Assembly (NCBI RefSeq): GCF_009914755.1
Contig: NC_060941.1
DNA from: the human T2T-CHM13v2.0 reference genome, Homo sapiens
Reading direction: 5' to 3' (one strand)
Length of the DNA: 64,000 bases
Both the position numbers and the translations under genes were made by a program. The notes under the pieces are model-generated. The model saw only the letters and a list, made by a program, of their open reading frames with translations, did not search any database and was not told the origin of the DNA. Below are positions 1 to 18,489 of this stretch, piece after piece. The stretch's first letter is position 1. Every line of letters begins with the position of its first letter.

Positions 1-496
1 TCCTCTTTAACTACTGAACTTCAGATTATTCAAAGCCGTTACACTCCACCCAACAGCTTCAGAATATCCTCTAGTATTCTCTAACACGCATGGAACAGTC
101 TCCAGATTAGACCACAAATTAGGTCACAAAGCTAGTCTCAATCAATTTTAAAAGACTGAAGTAATACAATATTTTCTATAACCACAATATAAGGAAACAT
201 TAACAGAAGGAAAACTGGAACATTCACAAATACGTGAGAATTAAACAACACACTCTTAAACAACCAATGGTCAAAGAAAAAATAACATGGGAAATTGGAA
301 AATACGATGAGACAAATGAAAATGAAGCACAACATACCAAAACTATGACAATCAGTGAAAGCAGTTTCAAAGGGAAAATTTTACGAGTAAACATTTACCT
401 TTAAAAAACAAAGATATCAGATAAATAACCTAACTTTACACCTTAAGGAGCTGGATAAAGAAGAGAAAACAAAACCCAAAGTTAGGAGAAGGAAGA

Positions 497-875
497 TGCT
501 ATAGTTTAAATGTGTCCTCCAATGTCCATGTGTTGGAAACTTAATCTCCAATGTAACAGGGGTAAGAGGTAAGACTTTTAAGAGGTGATTAGGCCATGAG
601 GACTCTGTCCTCATGAGTGGATTAATGCCATTATTAAGGGAGTGTGTTCCTTTCAAAAGGACAAGTTCAGCACTCTCTTGCTCTCTCTTCCCTTTTCTTG
701 GCCCTTCTGCTTTCTCCCATGGGATAACATAGCAAGAAGGCCCTCACAAGATGCTGGCACCTTGATCTTGGACTTCCCAGCCTCCAGAACTGTAAGAAAA
801 TAAATTTCTGATTTTTGAAAAATAAATTATGTGGCCTGTGGTATTTTGTTGTAGAAGCACAAATGGACTAAGACA
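497..875 (+). mobile_element. MaLR LTR (MSTC/MSTD-like) solo LTR
   Basis: tgctatagtttaaatgtgtcc...aaatggactaagaca termini; near 5-bp TSD gaaga/gaagg inside L1. Confidence 0.85.
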
Positions 876-1241
876 GAAGGAAATAATAAAGATTAGAGCA
901 TAGTTAAACAAAATAGAGGATAGAAAAATAGGGAAAAAATCAACAAAACCCAAAGTTGGTCCTTTGAAAAGGTCAAGAAAATTGACAAAACTTCAGGTAG
1001 AGTAAGAAGAGAAAGATTATTAAAACACTGTTATTTTATTATTTTTCCTAATTATTTAACAATATTTAACAGTAATATAATAAAATTATTGCAATATGAA
1101 AATTTATATAAAACTAAAACATTAAATCAGAAATAAAAGTGGGGACGTGACTATTGATTTTGAAGAAATACACAGAATTATAAGAGAATATTAAATCAAT
1201 TGTATCCCAACAAAGTAGGTAATCTAGATGAAATGGATACA

Positions 1242-1861
<620 letters not shown>

Positions 1862-2819
1862 AGGATATCTTTTTAAATAAATAGAATGAATCAGAAACCT
1901 TTTAACAACAAAAAGGGCCAGGGCCAAATGGCTTCACTGGCAATTTCTACAAAACATTTGCAGAAGAATTAACACCAATCCATCTCAAACTCTAACCATC
2001 TGTCCTACACCCCAAAATAGAAGATAACCGATCCTAACCCTTTCTATGAGGACAGCATTACCCTAGTATTTGTGAAAAAGACTTCATAAGAAGAGAAAAC
2101 CAATACAATGTTTTCTCAGTACAAACCAATATCTTTTATGCATACAGATAGAAAAAATCATCAAAATACTACCAAATTGAATTCAGCAGTATATTAAAAG
2201 AATTACACACTATGATTAGTTCAATTTATTCCAGATACACAAATTGATTCCACATACAAAATCAATTACTGCTGTATCCCACATTAATAGAATGAGGGGA
2301 AAAATCTCACAAGATTATTGCAATTCATACAAAACAAATATTTGACAAAATTCAATACCCTGTCATGATAAAAACAACACTCAATAAATTAGGATTAGAA
2401 GGGAGCTGCCTCAGCCTGAAAAACCCATAGCTAACATCACCCTCAGTGGTGAGTGCGTGTGATGAAATCTTTCTTCCTAAGATCATGGATGTCCTGTCTT
2501 CTCACCACTTCTATTCAACATCGTAAGGAAAGTTCTGGCTACAGCTTACACAGTAAATAGAAATAATAGGCATCCACATTGGAAAAAGAGTAAAACTATT
2601 TCTTTCACAGATGACATCTAGTATATTGAAAATTTTAAAGAATATAGACACATGTGCACACACACACAATTAGTGAGCATCAGTGAATTCCACAAAGCTT
2701 CAGGATACAAGATCAACAAACAATTGGTTTTATTTCTATACACTAACAACGAACAATCTGTAACGAAATTAAGAAAAAAATTTCATTTACAATATCAATA
2801 GTAAAAATACTGGGGAATC

Positions 2820-3167
<348 letters not shown>

Positions 3168-3392
3168 TTAACCAAGGAGTTGCAAGAGTTGTACACTAAA
3201 AACTACAAAACTTTGTTCAGAGGAATTAAAGAAGGTCTAAAATGGAAAGACATTCTATGTAAATTTTAAGACTTAATATTATTAAAATGGCAATACTACT
3301 CAAAATGACCTACAGATGCAATGCAACCCTATCAATACCTCAATGGCCTGTTTTTGCAGAAAGGGAAAAGCTGATTCTAAAATTCATATGGG

Positions 3393-3718
3393 TGTTAGGT
3401 GTGGTGGCTCATGCCTGGAATCTTAACACTTTGGGTGGCTGAGGCAGGAGGATCATTTGAGGCCAGAGGATCATTTAAGGCTAGAAATTTGAGACCAGCC
3501 TGGGCAACGTAGCAAGACCTTGTCTCCACAAAAAATTAAAAAAAAATTAGCGGGGCTTGGTGGTGCATGCCTGTAGTCTCAACTACTCAGGAGGCTGAGT
3601 CTGGAGGAACGCTTGAGCCCAAGAAGTTAAAGCTACAATGAACTATGATTGCATCATTGCACTCCAGCCTGGGAAATAGAATGAAAGCCTGTCCAAAATA
3701 AGATAAATAAAATAAAAT
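3393..3718 (+). mobile_element. AluJ
   Basis: Diverged Alu dimer with a small internal tandem duplication. Confidence 0.88.
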
Positions 3719-3844
3719 TCATGTGGAAAAGTAGGAGGTCCCAAATAGCCAAACAATATTGAAAAAGAACAAAATTCAAGGACCCATGTGTCTTGATTTC
3801 AAACATTGCTACAAAATTACAATAATCAAAACAATACAAACTTT

Positions 3845-4780
3845 TCATCAGGGAAATGCAAATCAAAACCACATCATCTCAGCACAGTTAAAATGGCTTT
3901 GTATCAAAAAGACAAAAAAAAATGAATGCTGGCAAGGATATGGAGAAAGGGCAACCTTTGTACAGTGCTGGTGGAAATGTAAATTAGTATAGCTGCTATG
4001 GAACAGAGTATGAAGGTTCCTCAAAAAACTAAAAATAGAACTACCATATGATCCAGCAATCCCACTGCTGGGTATATATCCAAAAGAAAGGAAATCAATA
4101 TATTGAAGAGATACCCGCACTCCCATGTTTACTGCAGCCTTGTGAAATACTGCAGTGTTGTGAAATACTGCAGTGTTGTGAAATACTGGTTATTTCACAA
4201 TAGACAAAATTGGGAATCAACCTATGTGTTCGTCAGTGGCTGAATGGATAAACAAGATGTGACATATGAATATACAACAGAATAGTATTTATCCATACAA
4301 AAGAAATGCAATCCTGACATTTGCAGCAACCCTGAATGGAACTATCATTAATTGGAACTAGAGATTAATTAAAATAAGCCAGGGACAGAAAGGCAAAGAT
4401 GGCTTGCTTTCACTCATATGTGAGAGCTATAAACATGGATCTCAAGGAGATAGAGATTAGATTGTTGGTTACCAGAGCTGGGAAGGGTAGGGGAGGATAA
4501 AGAGAGGTTGATTAATGGATACAAAAATACAGTTAAATAGAAGGAATAAGATTTAGTGTTCGATAGTTCAGTAAGATGACTACAGTTAACAATAATCTAC
4601 TGAATATTTCGAAATAGCCAGAAGAGAAGAATTCAGATGTTCCCAGAATAAAGAAATATTTGAGGTGTTGGATCTCCCAATTGTCCCGATTGGATCATTA
4701 CGTATTATATGAGGGTATCAAAAATCCCATCTTCCAAAAATACATTTGACTATTATGTATCAATAGAAAATAAAAAGTAA
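3845..4780 (+). mobile_element. L1MA-type 3' end nested in older L1
   Basis: cagggaaatgcaaatcaaaaccac...L1 3'UTR and A-rich tail. Confidence 0.8.
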
Positions 4781-5178
4781 AACAAAACTTCTTGCCAGCA
4801 TAAAGATAGATCAATGGGGTAGAATTTAGAGTATAGAAATAAACACATATCTATGATCAATTTATTTTTAAAAGAGGTATTAAGACCATTCACTATAGAA
4901 AGATACTTTCTTCAACAAATTGTGCTAGGAAAACTGGATATCCACACACAGAATAACAAAGTTGAACACTTTCCTTATGCCATATACCAAAAATAACTCA
5001 AAATGGATCAAAGACATAACTATAAGAGCTAAAATTATAAAGCTCTTAGAAGAAAAGATAGAGATAAATTTTCATGACCTTGGATTCGGCAGTGAATTCT
5101 TATGTGTGACATCAAAAACACAAGCAACAAAAGGAAACTAGATAAATTGAACTCCATCGAAATTAAAACATTTTCTAC

Positions 5179-5409
<231 letters not shown>

Positions 5410-5495
5410 TTACCATAAAACCTTTTCTGCATTAAATGCCACTATCAACTTGAGTGAAAAGACAAACTTCAAAATGAGAAAAATATTTTCAGATT

Positions 5496-6199
<704 letters not shown>

Positions 6200-6229
6200 C
6201 TAATATGCAGAATGTATAAAAAGTACTTA

Positions 6230-6958
<729 letters not shown>

Positions 6959-6984
6959 ACACAGCCTCGAGCCCCTGTGTAATC

Positions 6985-7112
6985 AGCGTGAATCCATTTA
7001 TGAGGGTGGCACCCTCATGAACACCTCCCACTAGACCCCCTCTCCCAACACTGGTGCATTGAGGATTAAGTCTCCAACACATGCTTTTTGGGAGACACAT
7101 TCAAACCATATG
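6985..7112 (-). mobile_element. MST LTR fragment
   Basis: ggattaagtctccaacacatgc...acacattcaaaccata. Confidence 0.7.
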
Positions 7113-8769
7113 GTATTCCCCACAATACTGATGCTCATCTGTCATTTCCATGAAGCCCCCACCACTCAGGATGCATAAAAGCTTACTTAGTAGGATTGAT
7201 GATGAGGCTTGCAGTCTCCCTGAGGAGAGCCTAGGGCCCCAGAAGCGAGCTTGCACCTCCAGGCCCTATTAACCATTAGAACTCAATCCCTGTTCCAAAC
7301 ACAATCAGTTCCTTCCACCCCAGCCTCCCCTTACTGGGTCAGATTTGACTGGGCATTTTAAGTGCGAGCGATGTAGTCCTCTCTCCTGAATTCAAGTTCC
7401 TCCCCCTACCCAGAAATGACAATTGCACATACAGAAGCTGATGCGTACAGTTTTAAAGAATACAATTTCTGTGTAAAAGTGTCACCATACAGTTGAAAAC
7501 ATCTGTATCACATATGTAACTTGCTGCCAGATGCCGGGCCAGTCACAGTGCACTCTGGCTGGATGTTTCAGAGATACTGGTTGCCTATGAAATGGTGACC
7601 ATCTGATTCTGCAGAACCACAAAGTGAACACAAGTGATGATTCTAGGCATCAGTTTGCTAGAAAAGGGATCCAGCCCTCCACTTGTCACCCGAACCTCAG
7701 AGCTTCAGCCTTGGGGTTTCCTTTCAGGGCTGTGTTATGAAGGCAGAATCCCTCCCTGGTCTTCACGGATGCAGAAGGAGTTGCTGCCAACTTGAGATCT
7801 GGCACAAAAACTAAGGGAGGACTTGGAGAGGGAGTGAGGCCTCCTGAGCTGGGGCCACAGCCCCAGGGGAGCCCAGCTGCCTCCATGGCCCCCATCACAG
7901 AGATGGCCTCCCCCTGGCCTCGCTGACCAGAGCCTCAGTGGACAGGTGTGAAGGGGCAGATGGGACTCCTTCACTTTGCTCCAGTCACTCAGGGCTCCAT
8001 CTCATCAGGGCAAGCTCTCTTCTCACCCCACACACCCTTCCACCCCGACACGGGCACATATACAACTGCCAGTGTGTCCCAGCCCCATGATATCCATCCA
8101 GACTTCAGCCCAGGCTGTCCCACCTCTGTGTCAGCCCTCAACAGGCTTTCGGCACAGGCTTGTCGATCTTGTTAAATGAAAATGTGTTTAACAAATTGGG
8201 ATTGCAGAATCAGGTTGATTTATAGAGTAAAATGCTATCTGTGGCTAGGGCCCTCCAGGGCCCTGTGCACACATGTATGCATGCTACAGCTCCCTGAAGC
8301 CACGCAGCTGGAGAACAGAGCCAATCAGGTTCATCTGGCCAGGCAGGCAGCAGTAGGTGTTCCTGAAACCTTGCTCCTGAGACCCCGTAGCTCCAACACA
8401 GAAAGTCTGGCCAAACTGATCTACCTTGGATGGAGCCCCTCATCTACTCTGGGTCCCCACTCTCAAGTCCTTCCCAGACCTAGGGTGTGAACGGCCAGAG
8501 TCAGACCCAACACCTGCCCTCGTGTGGAGACTGCCCTACCAAGAGGCCCTTCCTTTCCATTCTATACCCTCCATCTCTACAGCAAAGATGTCATTCCTCA
8601 GCCCCATAAGTGGCAATGTCCCCACATTCCCAGCCACGGTCAGCTCCTTAAAACACAGGAGCCAACCTTCTCCATAGCCTCCAGGGAGGAGAGCATGCAG
8701 GGCCCTAGAGATGCCCGAGTTTAGGGCATGTGACAGAAGGTGATAGGGACAGAGCTCAGCTCTGTGCTG

Positions 8770-9057
8770 ATTCTTCATGAACGGCTTGATGCTCTCCCTC
8801 TGGTGATGAGTGAGTTCTCACAGTCTTAGTTCTCATGAGAACTTACTGTTGGAAAAAGCCTGGCACCTCCTCCCTAGCCATGTGGTGCCGGCTCCCCGTC
8901 TCCTTCCGCCATGAGTGGAAGCAGCCTGAGGCCCTCACCGGAAGCAGATGCTGGCTCCGTGGTCCTTGGAAAGCCTGCAGAGCCATGGGCCAAATAAGCC
9001 TCTTTTCTTTATAAATTACCTTCTTCAGGCATTCCTTTTTAGCAACACAGACAGACT
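8770..9057 (+). mobile_element. MSTB-like LTR fragment
   Basis: gtgatgagtgagttctcac...aagcagcctgaggccctcacc...ataaattacc. Confidence 0.8.
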
Positions 9058-9101
9058 GGGAGGGTGACCCAGCCGCACATCCAGGCTTCTCCCTAGCTTG
9101 C

Positions 9102-9386
9102 TTTCTTTCTTTTTTTTTGAGACAGAGTCTCGCTCTGTCACCCAGGCTGGAGTGCCATGATCTTGGCTCACTGCAACCTCCGCCTCTGGGGTTCAAGCAA
9201 TTTTCTGCCTCAGCCTCCCGAGTAGCTGGGATTACAGGTGCCCATCCGGCTAATTTTTTTGTATTTTTAGTAGAGACGGGGTTTCACCAAGTTGGCCAGG
9301 CTGGTCTTGAACTCCTGACCTCATGATCCACCCGCCTCAGCCTCCCAAAGTGCTGGGATTACAGGTGTGAGCCACCGCGCTTGGCC
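9102..9386 (-). mobile_element. AluS
   Basis: Alu dimer, antisense. Confidence 0.93.
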
Positions 9387-9529
9387 CTCCCCAGTTTTCT
9401 AAAGAGGGACCTGGGCTCCTCCCCTCTGCAGCCATGGGTATTTAGGCCAGGCATCTTGGCAGGCATTAAACCAGTATCAAACCCATCAGGGGTTTCCCCC
9501 ATGAGGTTTCAGCACCTTCAAGAGACTTA

Positions 9530-9891
9530 ACACTCATGTTGAAATTTAATCCCTAATGTGGCAGTGTTGAGAGGTGATTTGGGTCACGAGGGCTCTGCTC
9601 GTGAATTAAGGGATTAGTGGGTGAATGGATTAATGGGTTATCATGGGAGCGGCATTAGTGACTTTCTGAGGAGGAAGAGAGACCTGAGCTGGCACCATCA
9701 GCCCCCTTGCCACATGATGCCCTGTGCTGTATCAGGATGCTGCAGAGTCCCCACCAGCAAGAAGTCCCCATCAGCAGCCCCTTGGCCTTGGACTTTTCAG
9801 ACTCCATAATTGTAAGAAACAAAAGCCTTTTGTTTATAAATTACCCAGCTTCAGGTATTCTGTTACAAGCAACAGAAAACAGACTAAGACA
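9530..9891 (+). mobile_element. MST LTR (MSTD/MSTB2-like)
   Basis: actcatgttgaaatttaatccctaatgtggcagtg...aaacagactaagaca. Confidence 0.8.
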
Positions 9892-10758
9892 GCCGAACTA
9901 CTAAGCACCCAGAATGCTCTGACATCATGGGCCAGCGTGTGTGGCTAGGGGAACCCAGGCACACATTTGAACAGAGTCCAAAGGGACAGAGGATAAAAGA
10001 TAAAAGGGGTGGGACTCTGAGTTGGAGACAGCCCTGGGGCTGGGCTGACTGACCCCGCTTCATCAAGAGGGCAGGTTCTTGTTGCCTGGAAACTGATTTT
10101 AGGGCAACACAGGGTTTTCCCCCTTTGCCAGCAGGTCACTGCAAGATGAGCTCATAAATAAAGGCTGAAGATCACAACCGTCGCTGGGTTTCTGAATATC
10201 AAGCATGTAGATCTCAGGAACCATCAGATCACCATCTCAGTAGGTTCTTTTCTTAACATCCAGGGAAGTCTTAAAGCCCCTTGGTGCAAAGCAAGTGCAT
10301 TTATTGATTCATAAAAACGTGCAGATCAGTACTTTTCAAGAAAGGAACATTTTGAGGAGGAGCCCCTTTTATGGGGTTATCTGTGTTGTCATGCTGTGCA
10401 GTAACTCATCCACCTGGGGTGAGGGTGGTGGCAGAGTGGAGGAAGTCACTACTGTTATCAGGGACTCGACTTGGGATCCACTTGATCCTGACTGTGTTGG
10501 GGAGAGCCTTGACCTCTGACCTCCCAGGCGGGGTTGGAGGATTCTGGTGAACTAATTCTGTGTAAAACCCTTGCAGGCCTGCCCCCGCCCTTTCCCAAAG
10601 TGCCTGACTGTGGGAGAGACTCTTCCTACATCCAAGGAGTGCTGTCCCCTCCCAAAAGGGAGTGTCCACCATCCGTGCTGCAGGCTTTCCCCTCTACAGT
10701 AGAATTTGTGCCCTGGGCTGCCCCTCTCCTCTCAGTTGGCCTTTCTGCTTGTGTGGAC

Positions 10759-11760
10759 TCACAAAGAGTGCAGGAAGCAGGACAGGGCCCACCAGGTGTG
10801 TTGCAGGGGGGCAGCCTTGCTCTGCGCTCCACCCAGCGTCATGTTCACCACCAGGCGTCTGGGGGTTTCGGTTTCTTCTGGCTCACAGGGGTCATACGAG
10901 GACCGCAGGCTGCTGTTCATTGGATTTGGCAGGAATGTTATCACCCTGGGCTTTGGGGAAACCTCTTCTGCCAGCCCCCTGCGGTTGTGCTTTGGCTTCC
11001 TGATCTTGCCAGGCCTGCTCCACGCCCACGGCTTTACATCTTTGCCACCAACAGCTTGGCACAACTATGCAATGACTACCACCATGAGATGCTGAATCAC
11101 CTCTTTGTAAGGCACTTCCTGAGGGCCCAGCTGGGGAAGGGTGGGCAGTGCGATCCCATGGGCGTCCTCAAGTCCTCCCACCCTAGGTTCTGCTCCCAGC
11201 CCCGGGTTCCGGGTTCTTCTCATTGGAAGTTGGTCTTCTGCTGCCCTTGTTATGAGGCCAGTCAAGGGAGGAGTCTCGGTTCTCCAATTATAGGTGCCTT
11301 CTCCTGACCTCCAGTTTCTGAGGGCCTGGACCCATCTTTGGCAAGTCCCAGGGCAATCAGAGCAGTTCAGACCTTTCCAAAAGAGCACTCAGCAGCGCCT
11401 GATCCTTGCTGAGCATCGTGGAGAATGGAGGAGTGTGGTAGCGAGCTGAGGACCTGAGTTGCTCTGGGGACTTGGTAACTGTCCCATCTCCTCTTTGAGC
11501 CTCTGGGGTATGGCGGCCGATTGAGAGTCTTCCATCTCTCTGGCTGACTGCCTCTCTCTGTCTCCATGGAAGAATCACGCCGACCTTGTTGAAACCATCA
11601 TCCAGGTGCTCTGGAGGCAGCGCCTGCCTGGACCAGAGCAAGTTCAGCCGTGAGCCCAGCCTCTGTGGCTCCCTGCTTGGGATCCAAGTGCTTCCACACT
11701 GCATCCCTGGTGGTCAAGGTCAAGGTGAGGGTGTTCCTGGACTTGGGGGAGGGGACTGAG
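10759..11760 (-). pseudogene. Putative decayed coding segment containing a SCAN-domain-like relic (~11480-11296)
   Basis: Frameshifted translation ..SGPQ..MLSKDQALLSALLERSELL*LP/GTCQRWVQALRNWRSGEG resembles SCAN HSKEQILELLVLEQFLTILP..QxWVQ....ESGEE; the frame continues to 10759 with one stop. By-eye only. Confidence 0.45.
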
Positions 11761-12049
11761 AGGGAAGGCCAAGGGAGCACTGAGACTCAGCAGTGTGCCC
11801 CATTTAGAGGCAACTAGGGGAAGGGCGGTGAAGTGCAATGATCCGGTGCTGGGCTGGACAGAAGTGTGTGCCCAGCGACAAGGCACTTCTCTGTGAGCTC
11901 CAGCTTCTGCCTCTGGGGGGTGGGAGACGGAAGCAAGGTGTGTTGTGCTGAGCGCACACAGATCATGTATGGGGTTAGAGAGGGTTTTTGAAAGATTTTC
12001 CTTCTTTTGTTTTTGTGAATTGAGGGACTCAATTCAGGAGGAGATGCTG

Positions 12050-12404
12050 AAAGAAATGATGGCATGGTATTCAGTACTAAGAAGAAATGAGTTATTACAA
12101 AGACATGGAAACACATGGAGAGACCCTAAATGCCTATTAGTAAGTTATAGGAGCCAATGGAAAAAAAGCTACATACGGTATGACTCCAACTACGGGACAT
12201 TCTGGAGAAGGCAAAATTATGGAGACAGTAAAAAGATCAGTGGTAGCTAGGGGTTGGGGGAGGGAGAGATGAACAAGGACAGCACAGGGGTTTTTAGGGC
12301 TGTGGAACTACTCTGTGAGATACTATATTGGTGAATACATGTTACACATTTATTCAAACCCATAGAATGTACAACACTAAGAATGAACCATCATGTAAAC
12401 TATG
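12050..12404 (+). mobile_element. L1MC-type 3'UTR fragment
   Basis: ggacattctggagaaggcaaaattatggagacagtaaaaagatcagtgg. Confidence 0.75.
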
Positions 12405-12423
12405 GAGCCACCATGCCCCGCCC

Positions 12424-15950
<3,527 letters not shown>

Positions 15951-17486
15951 CACAAATATTCATGGAAGCTTAATTAATAATGACCCCCAAACTGGAAACA
16001 GGTAGGTTCCCAAATGCACTTTTAACAGAATAACATTTTTCATACTTTTGTTAATGTTTTTTCACTTACCATTATACATGGATAATTAAATATTCTTCCA
16101 TAGCATAATTGATAATGGCTTGATGGCCATTCTATGGATTCTAATAGTTTATTCAATCAAGGCCTTGGTTTTAATCATTAAAGTTTTTTTCCTCTCATTT
16201 TGACTATTAAAATAATTATGTCTCATCTGGCTGTTTACAAACAGGAATCTCCTGTTTTTAGTCAATAAATAAAATATTTAGAAGCGGCACTGAAATCCCA
16301 TGGGTTTTATATACACCCCAGGAAGGGATAGACTGGTGGAGCAAAGCTTGGGTTTGAAAAGCTCCAGTGGAGGAAGTCCCCAGGCCCAGACTCAGGCCAT
16401 GCCAGAAGAAAGGAGAAGTTTTGTCTGAAGCTGTGCTTGGTAACACTCCCCACCCTCCCACCCACCTGATATTCTCACGCCTCTGCCTTGTCAAGACATG
16501 AATGAGGCCCAGTTTGTGCCCAGGTCATTTTGCGCTTTGCCATATGCTGTGTGGAAGCTGCAGAGTGGCCATTGTGGTGCTGGTCAAGAAGGGAGTGCCA
16601 GAAGATTGACCTTTGTCCCTAAAGAGAACACCTGGCTGAGTCCAGGGCCTGGTTCGAATCCAGTTCCAGGGAGCAGGGAAGGTACTGAGCCAGTCTTTTC
16701 CACTGAGTGCATTCCAAGGGTGTTAATGGAGAGTCTTAAGGGATCAGACACATGCACCCTGGGGATCCTCTGTTGCTTTTGTACCAGCTCATAGAGTCCT
16801 AGTAGCCTCTGTGAGCTGAAAAAGCCTATTTATCGCCTTGGAATCAGCACTCCTGCCAACAAGGGTTAATCGAGATGGGAAGGGAAAGAATGTGCAGCAT
16901 TATGTGACTGTAGTTTGTTATGGTATTGGTGGAGTGAAATTGTGAGAAGGCATGGGAAATGTATTTGGAGTCTTATAAAATCTTTATAACTCTGAGTCAG
17001 GTTGGATCTGGGTCATTACCGAATTCCTGTGATGTAGGGAAAATCATGTCACCAGTTACATCTGCTGAGATTCTGCCAGTCAAGTGGTCTCTGCCTCCCA
17101 ATATTAAATGTCCTTGTCATCTTGTTATGCTATATTAGCAGGGAGAGGCTACTGAGGCTGTCTTGGGAATGACTGAGCCTCTTTGCTGTTTCCAGTCTTG
17201 TAGCTTCAACAGAACATGCCATCCATGCTGACCTTATTGAACAAGTCAATCTCATCCAGAGGTGTAGTAGGTGGTGGCCCAGGAAGGAAATCTGAGAGGT
17301 TTCGAGAGTATCTCTCCAGTTCTCCAAGACTTTCTCACACCCCAAATCCCCGTGTCTGAAATCCTGCTAGGATTAGATTCCTTTGGCCCATGAAGGAGTT
17401 TTTCTTCTCTGCAAGGCTCCTATGGATGTGAAAGTGGTGATCTCACTGTCACCATTCATCGTAGAGGAGTTTAAGAACCATGAGAA

Positions 17487-17660
17487 TTCCAAGATATCCT
17501 GCAGAATTTCCAGGAGCAAGCTCTTGGGAAATTGGACAGAGCTAGCCCCAGGCAGGGCATTTTCTCACCACTTTTCTCTGTGCTACTCCGGTTTTACTGG
17601 TCACATATCTGCAGTGGACACAGAGTTCCCAGAGAGTGTGGAAGGCATCAAGGACCACAA
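17487..17660 (-). pseudogene. Putative decayed SCAN-domain relic
   Basis: GP*/DAFHTLWELC..KPE*H..ALPGASSVQFPKSLLLEILQDILE resembles SCAN GPREALxxLWELC..RPExH..ILPG..V..QYPES..LVEDL..ILE. By-eye only. Confidence 0.45.
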
Positions 17661-18489
17661 GTCTGTGGGCTGGATCCAGCTTCAGCCTGATTTATACTCT
17701 AACTTCTTTCCCTCTGACTTGTAACGCTCCGAGCACTGGCCACACAGAAAAGCTACCAGGAGGGAGATAGCAGCTTTTCCCTCAGAAAACATGAGTCCAG
17801 AATCTGCCCAGAAGGTGTTTCTCACCATAGGAAAAGAATAGTGATCCTGCTACGCTGATCCTCCGCTCACATTTCCAGATAGACCTGGATTGTCCTGGGA
17901 CTCCCACAGCCTGGGGAATTGGAGCATCAGGATTTTCCTGGCGATAATATGGCCATAAGGGACAGAGTAGTTCACTGCTCCTGTGAAAAGATTAGGAGAA
18001 ACTCCTGGTGCAGATGGGATGACAGAGTTTGAAAGTTTTGAATCCTGCTTACCTCAGTTATTATGAGGTAAAAGCTCATTTTCTTCTAGGGATTTTATAT
18101 GGAAAGAATAGGCCTCCTTCTCTGATTTCTATGGGATGCAAAAATTCTCAAATACAGAGAAGGCAATGTCAAAATTGTAAGGATGTGATTGCCCAAGGCA
18201 GGCAACAGATGCAGGAGCAGGACGCACTCCCACATGCAGCTGCTGAGTGTGCAAAGCTTTTCAGAAGGCTTTGGGCATGTGAATTAAAAAGCCTTATCAA
18301 TATGTGTTACTTTGCCTAAGAAATTCCATTTTTTTATGATCCCATGGAAACAATTAAGGTTGTTTGCAAAGACTTTCCTGCAGGGTTATCGAAATTGTAT
18401 TTATAATAGTGAAAAATTAGAAGCAATTTTAGCTCTTGGTTCCATAAATAAAGTCTATATTTTCGAGGTATGACAGGTGGGGAAGGACA

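Noticed and set aside
10534-11307. 257-aa plus-strand ORF as a protein-coding gene
   Set aside because: Starts at TTG, has no recognisable domain, and is codon-aligned to the minus-strand relic frame; better explained as an antisense shadow.
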